From positions 33,296,001 through 33,360,000 of the forward strand of contig NC_086108.1 of the NCBI RefSeq assembly GCF_963921235.1: DNA of 64,000 bases, given 5' to 3'. The translations under genes and the position numbers were made by a program. The notes below the pieces were generated by a model. It saw only the letters and a program-made list of their open reading frames with translations, was not told where the DNA came from and made no database searches. Of the stretch, positions 1 to 28,900 are shown one piece after another; positions within the stretch are counted from its first letter, which is position 1, and each line of letters starts with the position of its first letter. This stretch comes from Mobula hypostoma. Taxonomy: Eukaryota.

Positions 1-1187
1 AGCTGAGCTTCCTTCTGTTTCCTCAAATTGAGATTTCCAAGCTGATTGCTGGGAAGGGATCAGAGTTGGAGCTTCGACTGACCCTGAGATGTACCAGTAG
101 TTCCCTTCCCTTCAACCATTCTGTTCTTGTGCCAACCTAACGACTACCCCAGTGGCAACGCTTGTAACCACTGTGCATTATTGTAGAATAAAAAAATTCT
201 ACTTGTGTTCTTATCATTTCAATTTGTATTTTTCTTGTGAATGTTGTACGTCTAATCAAGTAAAGTGCCTGTGATGCTGTTTTTCATTTCACCAGTGCAT
301 ACATGTACTTGTGCGTTTGAAAATCAACTCAGCCTTGACTAGTTACATGGACCATTGCGGGTGCCTATTCTTTCCTTTATTCACACAGCAAGTTTTTGAG
401 ACGTCATATTACAAACAAGAGAAAATGTGAGCATCACACACACAAAGTGCTGGAGGAAGTCAGCAGGCCAGGCAGCATCCATGGGGAAAAAGTACAGTTG
501 ATGTTTTGGGCTGAAGCCCTTCAGCAGGACTGGAGAAGAAAAGCTGAGGAGTAGATTTAAAAGGTGGGGTGAGGGGAGAGAGACCCACCAGGTGACAGGT
601 GAAACCTGGAGGGTGAGGGATGAACTAAAGAGCTGGGAGGTTGATTGGTGAAACGCTGCTCTCAACCGCATCTCTTCCATTTCACGCACGTCTGCGCTTA
701 CCCCATCCTCCTGCCACCCTGCCAGGGACAGTGTTCCTCTTGTCCTCACCAATCACTGCACCAGCCTTTGTGTCCAGCACACAACTCTCAAAAATTTCCG
801 CCGCCTCCAATGGGATCCCACCCCCACATTCTACTTGCCGCAGGGATCACTCCCTACGTGACTCCCTTATCCAGTCATTCTTTCCACTGATCTCCCTCCT
901 GGCACTTATTCCAGCAAGTGGACCAAGTGCCACTCCTGCCCGTTTACCTCCTCCCTCAGTACCGTCCAGGGCCGTAAACAGTCCTTCCAGGTGAGGTGAT
1001 ACTTCACCTGTGAGTCTGTTGGGGTCATTTACTGTGTTCGGTGCTCCTGGTGTGGCCTCCTGTATATCGGTGAGACCCGATGTAGACTGGGAGACCGTTT
1101 CGCCCAGCATCTACGTTCTGTCCGCCAGAACAAGTGGGATCTCCCAGTGGCCACCCAGTTTAATTCCACTTCCCATCCCCATTCTGA

Positions 1188-1545
1188 TTTTTTTTTACCA
1201 AAATATACTTTATTCAAAACTAAAATTATGTACAATAAACCATTCAATGTCTGTCAATCCTTTACAGATATTTCCATTACGGTTTACATATTTCCACACT
1301 TTTGGCCACCCACGTGGCACTCCGTTGGTTCACCTTTCCACACCATTGTTGAGGGGTATACTCCTTGCCACCCAACCCCTCCCACTTCCACGGGAGAAGA
1401 ACCCTAAACTATGGTCCTTCCCCACCGGGCCCTTGCGGTGGCTGCACCAAGATTCAGTGCGCCCCTCAGCACGTACTCCTGCAACCAGTCGGCAGCATTC
1501 TCCCACGGACATCTCCGCTGGGAGATGAGAACAGATTTTTTTTTT
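1188..1545 (-). mobile_element. L1/Tx1-clade LINE 3' fragment nested in the Penelope GIY-YIG region
   Basis: Minus strand shows EMSVGECCRL...LQEYVLRGALNLGAATARARWGRTIV*, then AATAAA and a poly(A). Flanked by ATTCTG(A/G) at 1181-1187 and 1546-1552. The host reading frame resumes after it. Confidence 0.7.
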
Positions 1546-1689
1546 ATTCTGGTATGTCAATCCATGGCTTCCTCCACTGTCGTGATGAGGCCACGTTCAG
1601 GTTGGAGGAACAACACCTTATATTCCATTTGGGTAGCCTCCAACCTGATGGCATGAACATTGATTTCTCAAACTTGCATAATGCCCCCA

Positions 1690-1925
1690 ACCCCCCCCCT
1701 TCATTTCCCATCTCCTTTTCCCCCTCTTGCCACATCTTTTTTTTCCCCCTTCTCGCCTCATCTCCTTTTCCCCCTTCTCGCCTGGCCTCCTTTTCCCCCT
1801 TCTCGCCTGGCGTCCTTTCCCCCCCTTCTCGCCTGGCCTCCTATTCCCCCTTCTCGCCCCCGCCCCGCCTCCTTCTCCCCCGGCCTCCCTCTGGCGCTCC
1901 TTCCTCCTTCCGTAGCCTTCCGCCT
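1690..1925. repeat. Pyrimidine-rich degenerate tandem repeat (unit about CCCCTTCTCGCCTGGCCTCCT) inside the Penelope 3' region
   Basis: CCCCTTCTCGCC recurs five times. Confidence 0.8.
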
Positions 1926-3254
1926 CTTTCACCAATCAATTTCCCGGCTCTTTACTTCATCCCTCCCCCTCCAGGTTTCATCAATCTCCCCTCCCCCCAC
2001 CTTTTAAAATCCACCTCTCAGTTTTTCTTCTCCAGTCCTGCTGAAGGGTTTCGGCCCGAAATGTCAACTGTACTTTTTACTGTAAATGCTGCCTGGCCTG
2101 CTGAGTTCCTCCAGCATTCTGTGTGTGTTGAATGGTTGGTTATATTGTCGTGCAGTGCAGAACTCAGTTGTTACCCAGATCCGTTTCAGCACCGAAGAGC
2201 GCTCTTTTGTCCATTTTGTCTGTACTTGCTCTTTGTAAAGATAATCCAGCTGCCTTTACGTTTCTACTCACTCAAATATTCCAAAACGTGTCCTGAAGTT
2301 TGTGTGTACTCCCTGTGGCTCCATGGGTTCTCCTGGCTGCTTAAGTGAGCTCTTATATCGCTAAAGACAAGTGGGTGGGTTATTTAGTGACGATGGGAGA
2401 GCCAGGAGTGGGTGAAGTTGTAAGAAACAATAGTTTATTGGAAAATGGCAATGCTCTGAGAGCTGACATGCGCTCAACAGGCCAAGTGACTTCCTCCTTA
2501 TGTTGCTGTTTGTTTAAATAGGAGAAGTGTCTTGCTGTGATTTCCAACTAATAGCCATAATGTCACGTCCTGTGCACAGATTGTCTCAGTCCTTTCTATT
2601 GGGGATTAGTACACGAAGACTTGGAGGAGAAGCAATTAATGTTTCGGGCAAGCAAAACAAAAGAATCCAACCAACAGCTTGTGAAACATATTTTTCTGGC
2701 TGTAATCCATGGTCCTGTAAATAAGGGCTTAGTCTGAGGAGGAAATAACCCAAGAGGGATGTGTCATTTGTTTCTAAGCAACGTCACCATGGTTACAGAA
2801 GTGTGAGTGAACAGTTGAATTCTGTGACATTTGGAAGATTTCATTGATCATCAGGTGGAGTTCTAGGAATTTCCATTCCCAACCGCTTGACAGTGTGGCT
2901 ATGATGTTTAAAATCAGTTGCTCTTGGACAGTTATTTTTGTAAAATTCAGTAAAAATAGTATGTCCCAGTGGAGGTGGTACATACAGAAAACCATTGTTT
3001 AAGGAGAATGTCCTCACCAGATGCTGTTTTTACCATTTGTTAATGAATGTTCTCGTACCTCCTACATCCATCACACAAGATTATTCCAAACTGACTACTC
3101 CTGTAATAACAAAAACACCCACAAAGACAAGCCAGGCTGATTGCAAAGTGCCAACTAATTTACATTTGTGGTGAGAGGCTGATATCCCTAGCTCCCAAAT
3201 GAAACATTAAATGTCTGATTTCCTGGTTAATGCTTACTTGATCTGTCACATTTT

Positions 3255-4618
3255 CAGACACCCCACCTCTCCCAGAAGTTCCGACGGTCTCCCTGATGCC
3301 CGGAAATTACATACAATATCCCAGAAATCGATTTTTTTGAGAAAGAGAGGGACGGGGAGAACAAGCATCCTGATTGGTCTCTCTTCGTGCTAAGAGTGGT
3401 CCCCAACTACCGGGCGATAAAGAAACAATATGATTTCGCGATATGAGTCAGCTGCACCTTTCCTCATTCTCTGTCACGCACTGTTGAACTTGAACGCATG
3501 CGTCATCCATGTCAGCGCGGGAAGATCAACTCCTCGAGCTTGCAAGTGACGGCGGGCTGAAAAGTATGTTTGACATAACATCTCTGCCAGCATTCTGGGT
3601 CAAAGTCAAGGCTGAATATGCTGAGATTGCCATGGAAGCACTGAAAACGTTGCTTCCATTTCCAACCTATCTCTGCGAAGCAGGGTTTTCTGCATTGAAT
3701 GCAACAAAAACTAAATTGCGGAATAGACTGGACATAAGGAACCCCCTTCGAGTATCGTTGTCTCCCATCTCCCCTCGATGGCACATCTTGTTGCAGGAAA
3801 GCAATCCCAGAGCTCTCACTGATTCAGCGATATTGGTGTGTTGCAATGATTTTATATGTTAATACGAGGAAAATATGCGCTGTGTTTAATATCCAAATGT
3901 TATAATTGACATCACTATATTCATGCGAGGAACATATGCACTGTGTGTTTAATATTAAATTCGTTAGATAAACCCTTTTAGAAATGAAATTGAATATATT
4001 AGCCACATAAGTGACTTATAGTTGACTTATCACCTATATTCCGGTTGTGATTAACACCCCCGCCCCGGTCGGCCGGTCGGCAAGAATATTGTCAATATTA
4101 AACTGGTCCGCAGTGCAAAAAAGGTTGGGACCCCTGCTAAGTAGACCTATCAGTTTTCTCTGTGGGCGGGCTTTATAGTCAACCTCAAAAATAATGACAG
4201 TGTTGCTCACTGCACTGTTTGCAACAGTGACTTTTCTATTGCCCATGGTGGGTTAAAATGTAAAAGACCTGTTGAGGTGAGTTTAACAGGTGTCATTCGT
4301 TCATTAGCATAGCTAACATTATTTAAACTAGCTGAATGGCTGCTAAGGAGCTACTCTATTGATGTCCTATGTGATGAGGCCAAACTCCCTGTAGACTTGC
4401 TTAAAGTTGTAATAGAATAAACATGGTATTATAGTATAAGTACATATTTTAATGTCACATTTTCTGCATATACCCAACTTGGTTTACAGATTAGACAAAA
4501 TCACTAAACAAAGTATTACATACACCCTTGGGGGTCGACTTGAGGGGCGGGATATGGGGTTGCGGGTGGGCGGGGGTGCTACCTCCCTGAAATGAGTTTT
4601 TGCAGGGTGGGATGTCTG
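3255..4618. mobile_element. Non-autonomous TIR DNA transposon (hAT-like) with a 6-bp TSD and a BED-finger-like remnant
   Basis: TIRs CAGACACCCCACC / GGTGGGATGTCTG (12/13 match). CATTTT lies on both flanks (3249-3254, 4619-4624). About 4196-4277 encodes DSVAHCTVCNSDFSIAHGGLKCKRPVE. Confidence 0.7.
3394..4136 (+). mobile_element. hAT Charlie/Buster-type deletion derivative nested in the previous element
   Basis: TIRs (C)AGTGGTCCCCAAC ... GTTGGGACCCCTG. ORF 3509-3862 gives FWVKVKAEYAEIAMEALKTLLPFPTYLCEAGFSALNATKTKLRNRL, the hATC dimerisation domain. Confidence 0.88.
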
Positions 4619-5539
4619 CATTTTTCTAATCTGTTCGCTTTTGTTTTGGATGCCTTGTATTGGCATTCTTACTCTTTATAAATCCATTTTCTGTTGGAAT
4701 CTGACCCAGCTGATATGAGGAGCATACCGTATGGAGGACTGTTGGTATGAGCCCCTATACTTTGTCTTAGTGACCTAAAGTTACTATTCTGAACAAGGCA
4801 CTGTCCTGAAGAAGAGAAAATGAGTTCTCCTCATTGCTCTGGGGAGTGTTTGTACCTCCACCAGTATGACTAAATGAAATAATCCGATCATTACTACAGA
4901 GATTTTGATGGGAATGTGATGTGTGTAATGTGGCAGCCATGCATTCTTACATTATAACGGTGATCATAATTTTAAAATATACCTTGTGGGCTTTGAAACA
5001 TTTTAAGTAGGATGTGACTAGTGGGTCTGAACTTGATGGAAGCTGAAGTGTAGAACTTGACCTGGCTGATTACTTTATCTGCTTGTCTCTGTTCTTGATT
5101 GCCACATCTTCTAAACCATTGTTGAGGTTGTTATATTTCAGGTGAAAATTAAGTATGAAGAAGTTGTAAGTGCTTTCAGTTGTGTATTGATTGGATGTGG
5201 TCAGATTATAATTTTTGCCGCCAAGCAAATGTCTAATCTCAAGTTATGAAAAGTGCAATATAAATTCTTGTCTTTGTTGTAGTTCTGTTTTTCTTATTGG
5301 CTTGTTTTGAAAAGGTTGGCGAAAACCTCCTGTGCGCATTGTAAGGGTAAGTCAGGAGGAAGTTATTGAAACTGTCTTCATTTTCCCCTAACAGCTAGTA
5401 CTAGATAACACTGTGGGGGACGTGGAGGGAATCGTAAAAGAATAGGGAAAGGGCAATAAAACAAATGTAACAAGATATTAAGAGAAAATGGCCATTATTC
5501 TGTGCAAACAACTGAAATGTTTGTTTCTTCTTGGAACAG

Positions 5540-22289
<16,750 letters not shown>

Positions 22290-22606
22290 ACTGCCACGTT
22301 CTTGTCTCTTCCTAAATTCAATCTGTTTCTAATGGTATAAAACAATTCAAGCTAATGAAAAGTTAATTACTGAATGACATTTCAGCTGTGCTGTTTTGCA
22401 GTTAAATAGTTCAAACTGAGTTTTGTTCAGTTTATTGTTTGGATCCACTAAAATTTTGCTTCCTGCAACATTTACTGAAAATTTCTTTAAGATTAATTAA
22501 TCCATTTTTATGGATTTTAACTGGTAGCGTTGTAAACCGTTCTCTCAGGTCTGGAAACTGGGAGAACCTGTACTAAGAAATTAAAGACAATTGTGTAACT
22601 AATTTG

Positions 22607-22612
22607 AATAAA
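22607..22612 (+). terminator. Candidate ALDH9A1 polyadenylation signal (second candidate at 22814-22819)
   Basis: AATAAA about 320 nt downstream of the ALDH9A1 stop. Confidence 0.45.
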
Positions 22613-22964
22613 ATGGTGAATTAATTGTTTCTGAATTAGGTTATTGAAAGCAGAGGGAACTAGTTCAGTTGGCTGTCACTAATTTATGCCTTACTGCCCC
22701 TTCCCCTTTGACCAGCCTCTGGCAGCATTACACCATACAAGGCAAGGAAGTTAAGAGCACGGGGTTAAGCTCTTGGACGAGAATCCAGAAAGCTGGTCTC
22801 ATACTGAGCAATTAATAAAACAACTATGTGGTAACTTCATTTGCTCTTTATAAAAGGTTCAATATACAAACATTAGAAGCAAATAGATTGCTGTGAAGAG
22901 TTAATATTGTTGAAACTATACATTCTGCAAATCAAGTATTCACCTTTCACAAGTTTATTCAGGA

Positions 22965-25900
22965 TTAATATTTGCCACAATTCCTACCCCACCCCAGTTT
23001 GTGAACCCCAAATGATATGGAGATTCCCATCAGTCCCAGGAAAGCCAACGAGCTAAATCCACCACGAACTCTCTTACTCGGATCTACATGAAGGAAAGAA
23101 GAGATTAAATGTTAAATAGCTGAAGCCATTACTTTGGCGTAATGTTTTTGGAAGTCCAGCACAAACAAATTACTTTTGCCTAATGTTAAATTGGAGTACA
23201 ACTTTGAATGGATTCTGTAGTTTTGGCTTAATATAGCCAGACCTAAGGAAAGATAAAATTAACTAGCCACCTATCTGAATTTGACACTCATTTCAATTTA
23301 AATTTTCAGTTTAAAAATGCTAAATAATCTTTCATGAAGTAGTGATTTATTTAAAAAAATACCTTTCATTACTACAAAACCAGAATAAGCAAGATCTTAT
23401 CTTGTCCTCACCTTAAAGTTCTATGAATTTTTATCTCTAATCACATTGTAAAATAAACTTTGTTTCAAAGTGTGTATGTTAAAGCACTCACCCCCAGTGT
23501 AATAGCCATATGCATAAACAACTCTTCCAATTATCCAAATTCCTCCAAGTCCACTAGCTAGATGCTGAAAACAAGAGGTACTGTTAACATGGCACACTTG
23601 GTAGGACCTGTGGCAGTCTAGAACTAAATTTAAGGCCAACACAATATAATACCATATGTGCTTATTTGACTGTAGAGCTAATGTTAGCTTTCAATCACTT
23701 ACTGTAAAATTTTCTAGAGATGTTTTATTGGGGTGGGGGGGGGAGAAGAGAAGAGAAATTGGGAGATCTATGCTAAGTGGCTCCTGCTGTCTTCAAGATT
23801 TTTTAAAGCCAGAAGCCATGTTCTGCTTTTGGTGGACTCTCGCAACAAGAAAATCGGTTTTTGCATTATCAGTATGGATGTGTATTTTGGAGCTATCACT
23901 TGGTTTAAAATGAAATTCAATTTTTACATCTATTACTTGAAAAGTTGCACAATAACCAATTGTGTGAAGCATTTAAAATGTATTAGGGAAGAAGGCATTA
24001 AATTTTAAAACATACCATAACAAATTGACTTGATTTCCAAGGCAAATTCAGCTACTATTTTGTTCAAATGATAAACCAGTATAACAAACGTCAATTTATT
24101 TGATTCAAAACTATGAAGGAACTTTTGAATCCTCAAACTAAAGGTGATTTAATTTGAAGAATAACTTGAGTCTTACAATGTGACAAACTTATTCAATGAT
24201 GGGAAAATGCAATTTAAAGATCGACATGGGAACATGCATAAGAAACTCAAATGGTGTAAAGGTAGTTAAGAATTAATTGAAAAGATTGAAAATAATGGTT
24301 TGAATAGCTTTGTTCACTCAGCTTCATAGTTAAATATCCCTACTTCCTGTACTAGCATAGAGCAGCGATCAGTATGGATACACTTTAGACACTGAGATGA
24401 GACTGGAACTTCAGAATCTACTTAGGAAAAATTCTGGCAAATAAGTCTGCAGAGGAGGAAGGATTGGAAAAATCTCGGGACTTATCAGCCCTCCAGGGAA
24501 TATTTTTCCTCAATGAATAGATCTGACAAGTATCAATCCTCATCTGTATATAGGTTGTGATATTTTTGAAAAAGTCAATTTTCATGAGTGAATTGCAACT
24601 TGCAAATGTGTTTTGCACCATAATTTTCTGGATGTAAAGGCCTTGACTGAGACAATGTTACAATCCACTTCTAACATCAGGCATCTTACGTCAATCTAAA
24701 GTATGCTTTATTTTTATGAAATGCCTTAAAAAGTTTCCTTTTAGAAGAGCAACTCTAATAAAATTTGAGAGAGATCGATGGCACTGTGTAGGTCAATGAA
24801 GGGAAATGAGTCATAATAGGAATAAATAAATGTCTTCCACTGTAATTCCTACCCACTACGAATAACATTCCTTTTCTTTCACTTAAGAATGGGAAAGTGG
24901 GATGCACCATTGTATTAGGCAAGTGACTTTATAACCACAGGGCCAGATCTAGCCTGATTAATAGATTGAAAATGGCCTAAATGTGGTTAAGGCGGCAGGT
25001 GTTCATCCAGCTACTTTCATTGTGGTGACTGATACCAACTCTGACACTTAAGACATGGAGATTCAGAACACCCCCATCAGCTAGTCTTTTGGGATAATTA
25101 TTTTTCTTCAGTTCTTTTGTAATTCTACTACTTAACTTAAATCTGCAACCCTATTTATCACCTTATGTACAAAAGGAAATAAATCTTGCCTGAGCCGCAG
25201 TTCTAGAAACAATTTAAGTCTTCCCTCAGTTTCCCCAAGTTTCAAAGAAAACTGTCTTAAGATGATTGAAACCAGCTCCACATTTCAACAATTAAACATT
25301 TCAACATTCAGGCCCCAACTGGTTAAGGAGTAGAGTCGAGCCTGCAAGGAGGCCTTCCTGTGTTGTTCAGACTTAGAGGGAGTATTATGTCTCCTGTTTG
25401 ATGCTAACACTGGAATAGAAAAATCAAGTCATCAACATCTTTTCATGCTGACAAGCTCAAATTTTTTTTAGCATGCTTTAATTGTTATAGGAGTAATTGC
25501 CAATTTAAAAGTGAACTTAAATTTTCCCAGTTACAAAAGATTAAGGTCTAAATGACAACAGAAAGGAAACAGTTATTTAATAGAGCTTAAATCTTAAAAG
25601 CTACTTTTTCAACAATACTAGCAACTGCAATCTCATTATGTTTAAAGTTAAACAGGGCAGTGTTTTTCAAAATCATTTCTTCTGATCATTTGCCACAAGC
25701 TTCAGTCATAAAATGGTAAACATTACTTACTGGGTACCGAATTCCACCAGTTGCCAAGAAGAAGAGGAATGGTGCGTAAATCTCTAATCTGAAACAGATT
25801 AAAAAAGAAAAACATTCTAGATTTTGGTTACAAATAAAAGGAATTATTTTTAGGCAATGATACAAACTCAGATTCAATCAGGAACAAGATGGACTGCCTT

Positions 25901-28900
25901 GTAACCTGGCACTTTCCCTCTTCACTCACCCCTGCCACTTCCCGCAGGGATCGCTCCCTACGCAACACCATTGTCCATTTGTCCCTCCCCACCGATCACC
26001 CTCCTGGTACTTATCCTTGCAAGCAGAACAAGTGCCACATCTGCCTTGCTCCTCCCTCCCTATCATTCAGGGCCCCAGTCCCTCCAGGTGAGGCGACTTC
26101 ACCTGAGAGTGTGCTGGGGTCATCTGTGTTCGGTGCTCCGTGCGTTGCTTCCTGTATATTGGTGAGACACGACACACATCGGGAGACTGCTTCACCGAGC
26201 CCCAAGCCAGAAAAAGTAGGATCACCTGCTGGCCACCCATTTCAATTCTATTTCTCATTCTGATATGGCAGTCCATGGGCTCCTCTACTGCCACGATGAG
26301 GCCACACTCACGTTAGAGGCTTAACGCCTTATTTTCTATCTGGGTAGCCTGCAACCTGATAGCATGAACATTGATTTCTTGAACTTCTGGTAGTTGCCCT
26401 CCCTGCATTCCCCCCTCCCACCTCATCTCATCTCCTTACCTGCCCATCACCTCCCTCTGGTGCTCCTCCCCCCTCCTTTTCTTCAAGGTCTTCTGTCCTC
26501 TCCTATCAGATTCCCCCTTCTCCAACCCTTTATCTCTTTCACCCATCAGCTTCCCAGCTCTTTACTTCACCCCTCCCCCTCTCCTGGTTTCACCTATCAC
26601 CTACTACCTTGTACTACTTCTTCCCCTTGCCTCATCATCTTACCCTGACTTATTTTTCCCCCTAGTCCTGATGAAGGATCTCAGCCCAAAACACTGACTG
26701 TAACTCTTTTCCATATTTGCTGCTGGGTCTGCTGAGTTCCTCCAGCATTGAGTACATTACGCTGATTTCCAACATCTGCAGCTCTTCCCGTTTGTGATAT
26801 TACAGTACCTTGCTGTTGGGCAAGATCATCTTCCACTCCCAAGCACATGTTATCCAATAGAACCCTCATTGATTCTGACTGAAAAGTGATTGTTTCAAAA
26901 TGTTAACAGTTGCTGCAGCCTGAGCTGCTGAGTATTTCACCTCTGAAACCTTCATCACTTGGGGAATAATAAATAACCATTCCCCCTCCCCCATCCTCAA
27001 CTTCCCAGATGTCAGAAAGGGTAAAATGCTGCACTCAAATATTCTTCCACTTAAGAATTCTAGATAAATGTAACTAACAGTGTATTGTTACTACAAGGCA
27101 GAATTGTGGTCCACAAGAACAAGTTTCTTGAATTATAAATGAGATTCTGCAGATGCTGGAAATCCCAGGCAACACACACAAAATGCTGGAGGAACTCAGG
27201 TTAGGGAGCATCGACAGAGAGGAATAAACAGTTGTTATTTTGGGCCAGGATCCTTTATCAGAACTAGAAAGGAAGTGGGAAAATGCCAGAATAGGGTGGT
27301 GGGGGGAGGAAACAGAGTAAAAGCTGGAGGTGATGGGTGAAACCCAGTAAGGGGAACGTGGGCAAGGGCATTGATGAACTTAGAAGCTGGGAGGTGATAG
27401 GTGGACAAAGTAAAGGCTTGAGGAGGAAGAAACTGATTGGAGAGGATTGTGGAGCATAAGAGGGGGGAACACCACAGGAAACTGATGGGCAGGTGGGGAG
27501 CTGGAATAGGGAACGGGAACAGAAGGGAGGAAGTTAGCGAAATCAATGTTTATGCCATCTGGTTAGAGGTTGTTCAGAAGGAATACGAGGTGTTAGTCCT
27601 CCAACTGAGTGGCCTCATACAGGAGGCCATGGACAGACATGTCAGAATGGGAAAAGGAATTGAAGTGGGTGGCCACCAGGAAATCTCATATTTGTGGCAG
27701 ATAGACCGGAGGTGCTCCACAAAGCAGTCCCTGAATCTACACTGGGTCTCACTGGATAGAGGCCGCACTGGATACGATACAGTAGATGATTATGACAGAC
27801 CCTAGAAGGTCTGTTTGGGGCCCTGAATGGTGGTGAGGGAGGATTTGTAGAGGCAGGAATAGCACTTGAATTATGAATTTAAAAGTGATTAAAAGACCAG
27901 AATTTGAAAGCAGAAGGCCAATTCTATAAACAACATACATAAAAGTTGCTGGTGAACGCAGCAGGCCGGGCAGCATCTATAGGAAGAGGTACAGTCGACG
28001 TTTCGGGCTGAGACCTGTTAGTCGTGACGAAGGGTCTCGGCCTGAAACGTCGACTACACCTCTTCCTATAGATGCTGCCCGGCCTGCTGCGTTCACCAGC
28101 AACTTTGATGTGTGTTGCTTGAAATTCCAGCATCTGCAGGTTTCCTCATGTTTGGGCCAATTCTATAATTTAACTTTGTCATTATTTCATCTGAACAGGA
28201 ATCATATTTTCTTTCAAAATAATTTTGGTGGAATATAATGCAAATTATTGTCCATGACCAAGTCGTTTTTGATATCACTTACGTATTTTGGTGAGCACGT
28301 TGAATACAGTTGAACATGTGTCCATCCTCAGAATTATCACTGTACATTACAGGGTACTGGAGACATTAAAGAGAATTACAAATGGTTAGAAACTGATTAT
28401 CCTATTACATTGTTGTTATGTGCAGGATTATCTAGTCAAGTGATTAAATACAGTCTGGAGCTTATCAGACCTAGACCTGGGGATCTAAACCACACTTGCA
28501 GATCTCTACCCGTAACATGGGTTGCAACATCTATTGCATTTAGATGTAACACTCACACAACTTAGTTTTTAAAAACTGGAAACATCAAAATTATTTTTAA
28601 GTGGGATGTCAGTTGGCCTGCAGAAATGTGCTGATTGGGCAACATACTTTCCTTTTCAACACTCACAACGCGCTGGAGGAACTCAGCAGGGCAGGCAGCA
28701 TCTGTAGAAAAGATCGGTCAACGTTTTGGGCCGGAACCCTTCGTCATGACTGTCCGAAAGGGTTCCGGCCCGAAACGTCGACCGATCTTTTCCATGGATA
28801 CTGCCCGACCTGCTGAATTCCTCCAGCGTGTTGAGTGTTGCTTTGACCCCAGCATCTGCAGATTATTTTGTGTATACTTTCCTTTTGCAGAGCAGATGCA

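Larger units (their letters stand above)
435..2130 (+). mobile_element. Penelope-like retroelement, 5'-truncated, with an inverted terminal repeat (about 435-655) and a GIY-YIG endonuclease remnant
   Basis: Translates to VIYCVRCSWCGLLYIGETRCRLGDRFAQHLRSV...VATQFNSTSHPHSD / MSIHG...RLEEQHLIFHLGSLQPDGMNIDFSN. The left arm is the reverse complement of the right end. Degenerate hammerhead motifs at 496-531 (-) and 2034-2069 (+). Confidence 0.88.

Noticed and set aside
1524..1536. Minus-strand ATCTGTTCTCATC resembles U2 snRNA, the target of Keno/Utopia elements
   Set aside because: Only 13 nt with a mismatch, no other U2 sequence nearby, and it can be explained as eroded LINE coding sequence.
1365..2348. 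Longest ORF (327 aa, Pro/Ser/Phe-rich)
   Set aside because: Chance read-through across an antisense LINE fragment, the Penelope C-terminus and a pyrimidine-rich low-complexity repeat. Not a gene.
5310..5400. Possible ALDH9A1 exon 2 (a GGTAAGT donor-like site is present)
   Set aside because: No frame resembles the expected exon 2 peptide. Exons 1-2 are presumably upstream of the window.
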